From a virus (taxonomy: Duplodnaviria > Caudoviricetes): 36,801 bases of DNA. Below the pieces are notes generated by a model. It was given only the letters and a program-made list of their open reading frames with translations. It made no database searches and had not been told where the DNA came from. Position numbers and translations under genes: made by a program. Shown one piece after another: positions 15,601 through 24,300 of the stretch. Positions within the stretch are counted from its first letter, which is position 1; each line of letters opens with the position of its first letter. Location of the stretch: positions 1-36,801 of IMG/VR virus record IMGVR_UViG_3300038675_000028; one strand, given 5' to 3'.

Positions 15601-17185
15601 TGTTCTCCATATCGGGGACAATGATGTATCCATTCTTACCGATGGCGTACTTAAACAGCTTTGCATCAATCAATTCAACTGTCACACCTGTCTCTCCATA
15701 TGCGACAAAGTCGAGCGTGTAACGCAACATTTCCTCGTAAGAGAGCGCCCAGTTGCAGGTGCCGAGAAAAACATCATATCCTACCAAAGAAGTAGGAATA
15801 TTAGCAGAAGTTCGCGCGAAGCTGACAAAAGTTGTCTCACCAGTGCCATATGGAGCATCCAAAGGGGCACCTACGATGGCGGCGCCAGTAATCTTTGCTG
15901 CAACATTGGTCTTAACAGCAAAGATATATTTGTCACCCGGCGCGAACCCATTGGTTTGAGAACGATGGTCATAGAAACCGCTGTTCCGGATTTCCGGACT
16001 GTTCAAACGGAAGACGCAGCGCAAAGTTGGAGTGAATTCGCCGTTTTGAGTGATTTGGCTGAGCGCGACGGTAGTGTTGCCCTTGCCTTCCCAACCAAAG
16101 GTAGAAGTGAAGTTATTGCCGTTAGTGAGAAGTTGTTGAATCTCGGCGATGGAAGCGTACTCTGTGTCCTGATAACAGTAGTACAGCGCGCCATTCTTGC
16201 GCCAAAGCGTGCAGTACTTGTCGATTGCTTGGACATAGATAGTTTTCTGCTTCGACACCAACATATTGCCAAAGTAGACATCGCTTGCTTCCATGTTCTC
16301 CAAAGAGAAGCCGATTGTGGGACACGCAGCCTGCCAGTTTGGAGAGTTGAGGATTATGCCGTCTTCATCAACGATATAGTCATCATCAATGCTGGTGCGC
16401 TCGCGCCAGAAGAATTGGATTTGCTTATCTTCGTTAATGATGGAAGAATAACACACCCAAATGGTTTGACCAGCAGGAATAGTACGAACTGTGCCCTTCG
16501 CAATTTCCTCGTCGATGAGGTTATCAACAAAACGGTAATCATCCATAACAGTGGCGCAGAGCGGGCTTCGAAGCGTGTACGCAAAGAGGTTCTCTACGTT
16601 CTTCTGTTTGATAAGGTCACAGTTCTCTCTATCAACGCGCCAGTCGCTTCCGTCGAGGATGTAATCACCCAAATCACAGACAGTGCCCATGTTGTTTTCC
16701 AATTCGATATCCATCTCGATTTCATAACCGGCTTTTGCCAGTTCATTGATGTATTGGTCTGTGCAGGTGTAGGTAAAGGTGTATTCAGTCGAGTTCTCCT
16801 GAATATCTTTAATTACCAAATCATACCATTCACCATCGTACAGCACCTTAACTTTCCGCTCATTCACCAGCAAACTGGTAAATGGGTTCATTTTGTAGGT
16901 GTCGTCTACCTCATCATAGTACCGATAGAACATCTCAAAGGTAAACGTATGTGACCCATTCAGTTCACAAACGAGTTTCGGGTTGAAGGCGCGCACCGGT
17001 GTATCCATCGTATCTGACCCAATCGTCACCAGAGGGACTTCACGGTAGGTATGATTCAGAATTGTGTAGTTACCATTTGCGAGATTGAGGTCGGTTACTT
17101 CCTTTCGCCCATTATTATCACTAATAATGTAAATGCTGTCGTCGCCCCAAAGACTAATCTTATAAGGCTTTTTAGCAATACCCAT
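12674..17185 (-). CDS. Tail tip / baseplate hub (Tal-like) protein with coiled coil and C-terminal beta-repeat spike
   Basis: 1503 aa directly after Dit; N-terminal NGSHTFTF hub pattern, FHIGD motif, ITTGRLNT, C-terminal AxxGxFxGxI repeats. Confidence 0.8.
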   Translation of the reverse strand: MGIAKKPYKISLWGDDSIYIISDNNGRKEVTDLNLANGNYTILNHTYREVPLVTIGSDTMDTPVRAFNPKLVCELNGSHTFTFEMFYRYYDEVDDTYKMNPFTSLLVNERKVKVLYDGEWYDLVIKDIQENSTEYTFTYTCTDQYINELAKAGYEIEMDIELENNMGTVCDLGDYILDGSDWRVDRENCDLIKQKNVENLFAYTLRSPLCATVMDDYRFVDNLIDEEIAKGTVRTIPAGQTIWVCYSSIINEDKQIQFFWRERTSIDDDYIVDEDGIILNSPNWQAACPTIGFSLENMEASDVYFGNMLVSKQKTIYVQAIDKYCTLWRKNGALYYCYQDTEYASIAEIQQLLTNGNNFTSTFGWEGKGNTTVALSQITQNGEFTPTLRCVFRLNSPEIRNSGFYDHRSQTNGFAPGDKYIFAVKTNVAAKITGAAIVGAPLDAPYGTGETTFVSFARTSANIPTSLVGYDVFLGTCNWALSYEEMLRYTLDFVAYGETGVTVELIDAKLFKYAIGKNGYIIVPDMENTMNSVVKVRYNFFSPQNLNGVTSINNLRLSEVCYSDESTLSAYTPEKDETFEKVRSITGSKSNRFNLLQELCETFECWAKFTIEHFSDGSPRYVYQLTEDSAPVPGKIYYKKATSQPGEYGNQYSNDFNFNEYTYAEGASFSGVNYERHIQKWVAFKEFIGQENWAGFKYGINLKGIQRRIDSNQLVSKMIVQPNANEYAENGSCTIQYATMNPTLETAMFNFNYFIQNGLLSRRDLNRDLFGDNDGGMAYFAKLHTMNQRMKPDIYELGELGNTLVNLIARQQVYSALVEEAKNNYQEYITDIANWCGITPSAAATKQRGPGNNDELNSIITKRDTAASIINQYSQIVTDTDALVNAYQSAYNNLAASLAVLSEQKQALNKMFYSKYSRFIQEGTWISEDYIDADLYYMDAVEVLRQSAFPKLTYTIDVLELSQVEGFEPYTFHIGDKTYMEDTEFFGYNSNGSPYREEIVISKVLYHLDDPSQNVITVQNYKTQFEDLFQRITASTTSLQYAEGVYNRAGSAVNPDGTLNSEFLRNSLEKNIGLIMGAPNGELIIDQDKGTITATSGRGDLLINSLGILVCTGGNYQTAISAEGINASVITTGRLNTGEVYIYADGQETFRWDAYGLSAYAFDMDSQGNVANTNFNKFVRMDRFGLYGITNKTNYRPTSVDQVITDAMFSLTWRGLTIHIDTQTPDVINVNNKFTVDGQGNVKATNGEFHGKVEAESGYFNGTVYASDGEFTGTIKAANLMIKNGGTGSYVNILDGTGKIDSNYLDLGNIKLDGNNGNITLTGAISFDTTAKSSIMSAADDGAKADALTAYNEAVAAARDAADAESAASAASIAASNASNLARQIANGTYSGGTFISGNTVVSPYITGGTITGATFQTSGNIGWGQTRIVINDGMIKFLRQYSSNEYEDGRIVLNSYSGVLEMYCVIGALSLSAMNGVRISNLYVDGIRIDAYIQSFIPASSS

Positions 17186-17199
17186 TTAACTCCCTCCTT

Positions 17200-18270
17200 T
17201 TAGAAGTAAAGGTAATCGTATTCAATCTCCATTCGAGTAGGAGACGCGCCGCCCCATGAGAAGCCCATCCACTCAAGGTCTTCAGTCGGCGCCAGCTTAA
17301 AGAAATCACCGGATTGGGTGTAGCGATTGTAGATGGTGCCGGTTGGGTTACCGAGGATGTCGATACCTTCGATAAGATTCAGCGCGGTATTGATTTGGAT
17401 GCCAGCGTCTTGCACATAGGCGCCCTGCGCTGTTTGTTTGTTGAATGGTTTAATGCGGAAATTCTTATTGTCGGCCGCGTAAGTAATAAGCAAGCCGTCG
17501 AATTGACCATTAAACCAAATTTTGAGTTTGAATGGAGTCTCAATGTCGCCAGGATTGTAGACCATGCAACCGTTATTAACTGGGGTATCAATTACGTAGT
17601 CAACGCCGTTGTGCTTTTTCATCGCAGAAGACAGCTTCATTCTGCTACTTTCAACCCATTCATAGTAATTGAAGAATACATCACTTGCCAGCGGGCTATC
17701 CATAGAACCCCACTCAGGGATGTTTGTAACCTTGTATTCATCCAAATACTTAAAACGACTGCGCGCATAAGGCGAATAGGCGACAAAGGAGAGGTTTCCT
17801 TCTCCCCGATACAGGCGCCCCTTCATGATACGTGTCCCAATCCCATAAAGGTCATCCTTCGTGCGCAGAGAATTATCTACGTCATCAACCCGGTCGTCAA
17901 ACTCGGCTTCTGTCTCAAAGCACACGTACTTCAAGTTCGGCGTACCATTCGGGCGCACCTTATACATCTTATAAGGCAATTCATCAAAGATAAGATTCAT
18001 CACTTTTTTCTGCCCCATAAGCTGGCGCAACTGCCGAATGTTTTCTTCCGTCATACAATCATACGCAATCGGGAAGTTGAACGGGCGCTGTGTATAGTAA
18101 GAACCAAACAAATAGTTCCCATCTCCGCCAGGCACCTGAACGGTTTTATCCTGAAGTGTAGGGAGAATATTGTCGGTGTATCGTGTACCATCGCTAACAC
18201 GCATAATGTTCAAGTCGATTGAATGAACCCCATCAAGCGTGAAACCGATGAAATCACCTTTGCTTGTCAT
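17200..18270 (-). CDS. Distal tail protein (Dit)
   Basis: GFTLDGVHS..VPGGDG..LIFDELPYKMY..YNPGD motifs; follows the tape measure; ATG 18270 with GGAGG 8 nt upstream. Confidence 0.85.
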   Translation of the reverse strand: MTSKGDFIGFTLDGVHSIDLNIMRVSDGTRYTDNILPTLQDKTVQVPGGDGNYLFGSYYTQRPFNFPIAYDCMTEENIRQLRQLMGQKKVMNLIFDELPYKMYKVRPNGTPNLKYVCFETEAEFDDRVDDVDNSLRTKDDLYGIGTRIMKGRLYRGEGNLSFVAYSPYARSRFKYLDEYKVTNIPEWGSMDSPLASDVFFNYYEWVESSRMKLSSAMKKHNGVDYVIDTPVNNGCMVYNPGDIETPFKLKIWFNGQFDGLLITYAADNKNFRIKPFNKQTAQGAYVQDAGIQINTALNLIEGIDILGNPTGTIYNRYTQSGDFFKLAPTEDLEWMGFSWGGASPTRMEIEYDYLYF

Positions 18271-18291
18271 ATTCAATTCCTCCTTTAATGG

Positions 18292-18317
18292 GTGGGGAGA
18301 GGAGAACCTCTCCCCAC
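18292..18317. terminator. Intergenic hairpin between tape measure and Dit
   Basis: GTGGGGAGAGG-AGAA-CCTCTCCCCAC, 11-bp stem; short T tract only on the + strand. Confidence 0.55.
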
Positions 18318-18322
18318 TTTCG

Positions 18323-21300
18323 TTACTTCAATCGACTGACTGCGTTGACATTACGATAGATGGACTTATCATAAATGTCTCTCTCAACGCGCGCCACCAT
18401 AGCATCAACGTCATAATCGCTCTCAACGTGCGGGTCGTTGACATCAATATCAAACTGATAAGTGTCTCCGCCCTTGTTGATAGACGCCGCGCCGTCCAGT
18501 GTCTCGCGCAGAATGTCACGCAATTCAAAGAAGTTACGAGTATCTTGTGCATTAAGCACGGCTTCGGGTTTGCTGGGTGTACCATCGAGCCATGCTGGGC
18601 CAGTGAAGTCAGCCAGGCCGCCGTGTGCGTAAGCAGTAAGGTACTTTTTGTTCATCAGGCCAGTTACGCCGGTATTTGTCCAGGCGCGGCCGATGTAGTA
18701 GTTACCATTACCTGCATCTTTAAGGATTTTGAAGGCGCCGGGTTTACCATCAACAACTCCGTTGGAGCGGACGCTTTCGATAATGGGGAGACCATTAGAA
18801 GCGAACACCGCACCCTTTGCAACACGGACGTATGAACCGACAGAGAAGTTGCCTGCGTTTTGGTTTGTGGGAGTTGTTTGTGGGGTTTGTGTGGTAGTGG
18901 TAGGTTTATTAGTTGTGGTTGTTGCTGTTGTTGGAAGGTTTTGGGGAGTGTTAGAGACGTATGGGTTAGAGGTAATGCCAGTTGCAGGTTGAGTATTTTT
19001 ACCACCATTGTTCCACCAGGTACGAAGTTCTTGTTCAATTTGGGAGTCAGTCAGTTCAGGGTACTTCGCAGCGAGGTCAGGGTTATCCCGAATCTTTTGG
19101 TTACGCAGAGCGTTGAGTTCGATGATTTTTCCGGTCATCTGCCCACCGGCCGCGGCGTAAGCCTTCATCATCTCTGCCATGTAGTCGATATCGGGGTTGT
19201 AAACTCCAGAACCACCGTTCTCAATGCTGGAAATCTTGGAGATTTCAACAACTGCCTCAGCCAGACGTTGCAGTTCAGCCAGCATATCGGCGATTGCTGT
19301 CGGGGACTTGGACTTCCATTGTTCACCCTCATACAGAATCTGGTACAGCTTACTATCTGTTGTAACCAGGCCATCGGGTGAGTTCTGCAACTCTTGAAGT
19401 ACCGCGGCCGCCTGCTGAGCATAGACACCATTCTTCACACTCCAATCAATTTGGCTTTCCATTAAAGCAATTTGTTTGTCGCGTTGTTCAGCCGCATAGT
19501 CTTGCTGAGTTTGAAGGTTAGTGAGCGCCTGGTCAACCAGTTGGTCTTGATACTGCTGGCGCGCTTTCTCAATCTCGTCTTCGAGTTTGAGGATGTCGAC
19601 TTGGTTGCTGCCAGACGTGTCTTGGCGCATATAAGCGAGACGACGTTCTTTCTTTGCGATGTCCTCTTTACTTTCTGCATTACTCCGCGCCGTCCGGTAC
19701 TCATTGATTTGCTCGCGCATAGCCTCAAGCAAATCTTTGTCGGCATCAGTGATAGCGTCATAAACTTGGTTAAGTGCTTCGACTTCGTTACGGTCGATTT
19801 GCTCCAGCGCAGCAATCACACGGTCTTCCAGAGTGATATAGTCTTCGTGCAACTGGGCGCGGAGTTCTTCGTATTCGAGCTGCGCATCGAGCATCGCGCC
19901 TTCTGCGTCTTCGATTGCGTCTTGGATATCTTTGAGTTTAGAGATGTAGTCCTCGATTTTCTGACCTTCTTCGGTGTTTTCGGTCTGGTCGAGAGAGTTA
20001 ATCAAATCCCAATCAATTTCAATTCGCATTTTATCGAAGTTAAAAGTGCCATATTTCGCCATTTCGGCGTTCTCGTTAAGGAAGCGTTGCATTTCCCCAA
20101 GGCGCTTATTCATCATTTCTTTTTGGAGGTCATAGGTTTCAGACATGAGTTCGAACTGTTTGTCGTAGTAATCAGAAGCGATTTTGAAGTTGGTTTGTCC
20201 GCGCTTTTGGAGGATTTGGAACTTCTTTTCGAGGTTATTGCGAACACGGAGGTTTTCGTTGATTTTCTCCGTGAGGTTGTAGAGCCAGTCGTAGGGGTTC
20301 TTCCAGAGGTCTGGTTCATCTGCCAGGTCACCGCCACCGTTTTGGTCATACTTCCATTGAGCATTGTAACCAGTAGCAAATTGCGGGAACATATCCTCTG
20401 GTCCACGGTTAAGGATTTCCTTGGTTTGGTCTGCGGTATAAACTGTATCTCCCTTCTCAATGCGCGCCATCTGTGGTTTTTCCGCAACATAGGCGCCGCG
20501 CTTGGTACGAATCAGTTCTGGGCCATCCTCAGCAACCAGCGCGGGGTGAGTTTTGGGAGAGTCCTTAATACCAGTTGCGTGTCCAGGAACAGTAGCACTG
20601 GAAGGATTAAGAACCCCAGGATTAGTAACAGTATAAGTAAGTTTAACTTCTTTTGTAAGATTCAAATTGTTGATTGCATCTTTAATCATTTGCGTTTTAG
20701 TTTCAATAGACAACTTAGGCATTGGGGTCATCTTTTCTACAGTATCTTTAATTGTTTGCCGCACTGTGTTCATATTAGTATCATCAGTTGTTACTTGAAT
20801 AGTGTATTCTTCACCAGTTACTTCATCAGTGATTGTTGTAACTACCTGCTGAACGCTCCCTTCATCAAGCCCAAGAGTAACTTCCATACCAGCAAAGGCA
20901 TCAGCCACAGCTTGTGCCAGTTCAGAGTTTTGAAGTTCTGTTTCAGCATTACGAATAGCAGTCTCAACATCAATATCAGGAGTGATTTCGAGAGAAGTAA
21001 CACTACCATCAGACAACTGATAATCGAGATAAACGGTTTGGTCTTCACCCAAATTACGCCGGATATCCTGAACAAAAGCGGTAGCCACTTCGGTAAACTT
21101 CTCTTGAGGGATATTCAGATCATTCATTACTCGCTGCATTTGGTCATAGTCAAGAATGTTAATCTTATTTTCTGTATCAACCTTCTTTAAGAAGTCGGAG
21201 TACCAAAGAGCAGATTCGTCAGCAGTCGCGCTAACCAATACTCGCTTAGCTTCTGCGACGATTTCGCTTGTCTTACGCAGGAATCCTTCTTCATCATAGA

Positions 21301-24300
21301 AATTAGAGATAAGCGCGCCCTTAGCTTCAAGGTCTGCCTTCAGTTGGTCATAAGAAACACCGATTGTATCTGCAACAGCCTTAATTTCACTTTCATCAAT
21401 AATCCGTTTTGCAACAAAGCGTTTGAAGTTTGTACCATTAGCGCTCGCTTGAAATACGAGCCGCGCACTGTCATACATTTCCTGTACAGCCGCCGCGTAG
21501 TCATTTTCTTTAAATTCCTTTGCCAAATCAGCCGAATAATTCTTAAAATCACCCAGCATCATTTCAGCATAAGTCTCAGACACATGATACGCATTTTGCA
21601 ACTTTTCAAGGATGTCCTGAGTAGTCATGCCTTCGAACCCAGTCAGTTCAATTTTCTGACCAGTATCGACAATAGACAAACCGCCCAAATCTCCGGCTGC
21701 TTCGCCGTAGATATCCTTGCCAGCCGCAAGGTCAGCCCAGGATTGACGCATATCCTCACTATTCTGGCGCAACTTTTCGTTCATATAAGTCATTTTCTCA
21801 ACCAGTTCATCACCAGCTAAGTCAATGATATTACCATCTTCGTCCGTCTTTTGGCGCCATTGTGGACCAAACAACAAATCGAAGTAACTAAAGTTTTGAT
21901 TGTTACCAATCGCGACCTTTTCGAGATTTTCGTTAATTGTCTCGTAGGCGTCTTTAATAAATTCCGCAATATCATTTTCATCAGCGCCGGGGTCAAAGTC
22001 TTCCAAGGTTTTCAAAACTTTAGCCACAACACCATCGAGACTATCAAACGAACTCAGCGCCGCCAGTACGGCATTTGTCAACTGGTTCATGTTGATTTTG
22101 CCCTTGGAGATAGCGGTCAACGCCTTAGCCACATCATTGGCTGTTACACCGGTGTTAGCCATGAACTTGTCAAGAGTCTTATAACTACTTGCCAAGTCAT
22201 ATACATCACTTGCAGCAAGTTTTCCATTTGCCGCAATGATTTCGTTAATGTCCTCTTGAACGTCTTCAAAGGCTTCGGACTTGAGCATATACTGCATTTG
22301 CTTACCGGCGCTGTATGCGTTCTTACCAGCGACAAGCATTTTAGCAGCAAATTGCTGAGAAAGTCCGGTGCCATTTGCCAATTCTTGATTCAAACTGTAG
22401 ACAGCTTCGATTGGGTTAGACCAATCAATGCTGGAAACAAACGAATCGAGACTTTGAATCATAGCAACAGAATTGCTATCATCATTCGCCATCTTCCAGA
22501 ACTCTTTAATTCCGGCATTAGAAATTTCCTCGCTACCAGACCGAGCCAAATTAGCAGAGACGTTATCAAAGATTACATTGAAGTCAGCGCCGACTGCATC
22601 GAATTTATCTTCCAATCCTTGAAGTTCGTTAATAATTGTTTCATAAGATTTGCCAGTAGATTTATTTGCCTTTTTAACAGCGCCAACAATTTGGGTACGC
22701 CGTTTGTTGAGAGCATTTGTCGCATTGGAGAAGTTATTTCCAATCAGATTCGTCATGTCCTCAACAGACATACCAAATGCTTCAGCCATTTGTTCCATGC
22801 TATCAAAGTTATAATCTTTGGCGAAGGAGTCCCAATCAATTTCAGCGGGATTAGCAAAGGCTTCTGCATAAGATTTAAGCATCTGTTTGCTGATGTTTTC
22901 GCCATTGGACGACATAAGAGCAGCGAGGTCTTCTGCTTTGTCGGCGCCGGCTGTATTAGAGATATTTTTGAACACATCAGCGATGTTCATCATATCATTG
23001 GAAAGGGATTCGGTAGCACGAGCCGCAGCGAGTTGTTGTTTGATATGTGCATTAGTAATATCAACATCTTCCCCACTTTCAGCATCAACAATTTTCTTTC
23101 CATTGCTGCTTACTTCATATTTACCTTGACTAAGGTCGGCGTATTCTTGAAGGTCTTCACGACTAAGATTACCATTTTTATCCTCACCTTCGGTAATTGT
23201 AGCAGTTTCATCGTTAATTTTTTCGTCAAGTTTACCAGTAAACACGCTATCGTCAAGCTGATTTACCAAATCGCCTTGGAAATGTTCATCCAAATTGCTG
23301 TAATCTTTCGCATTGTTAATCAATGCAGAACGATAAGTTTCAATCGAAGCGTTAGAAGCAATCAAACTCTCACCAAAAGCACGAAGATTATCCACATTAT
23401 CAGCAAGAGCGACAGACATAGCTGTAATATCCTCAGAAGCCATACCATTGAGGTCTTGACTGGTCAGCCAACTAAGGATTTCATCCTGATAACTACCATC
23501 TGTATCATCATTAAAGATTTTACCAGATGCGATTGCTTCTGCCAATGCCTCAGTAAGCTGACGATTAGAAGAAACTCCAACGCTTACTTCTGCACCGCGC
23601 CCTTGGGCGATATAAGAATCATATTCCTCTTTGGTAATATGTTCTTGTGTTCCTTCGTAACCGTAACCATAATTGTCGTAATAATAAACTTTCTCATTAA
23701 CTCTTGCTTGATCGTTAAGATGGCTGTAATCCAGGTCTTGCTCACCTTGGCGTACGGTGATATCCTCCATAGCTTTCATAGATTCACCCAGGATTAAATC
23801 ATTTTCTTTCTTTTGAATAATGCCCTGAACTTCAGAACTCTTAACGTCGATAGTCAGAACACCATTCTTATTTGTAACGAACGAAGCCAATTCTTTGTAA
23901 TTCTTAATCAAATCCAGAACTTGGCTATTCGTACTCATAACAGATTCACGCCAGGCGTCGGTTCCCTTGGTAAGATTATCCAAATTAGAATAACTATCAA
24001 CAAGTTCATCCAGGCTGGTTTTCAGCTCGTCAACGCTCTTGCGCGCACCATCAACCAAATCTGCCGCAGCGTCCGCAGCCTTTCGAGCATTTTCGAGTTG
24101 TTTCTCTGGCGTACCTGCTTCATAAGCCTTCCAAAGCAGGTAAACTGCTGCGATAAGTGCTACAATACCAGCAATAATCCACCCAAGCGGGCAAGCCAGC
24201 ATAGCAGCGTTAAGTCCTGTTTGAGCGCCAGTAGCTCCTGCCGTTGCGGCAGCCATACCGAGTTTCGCTGCGGCATCGGCGCGCGCCTGCTTAGTGCCAA

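Noticed and set aside
12674-17185. Diversity-generating retroelement target in the tail-tip gene
   Set aside because: No template/variable repeat pair or reverse transcriptase seen in the window.
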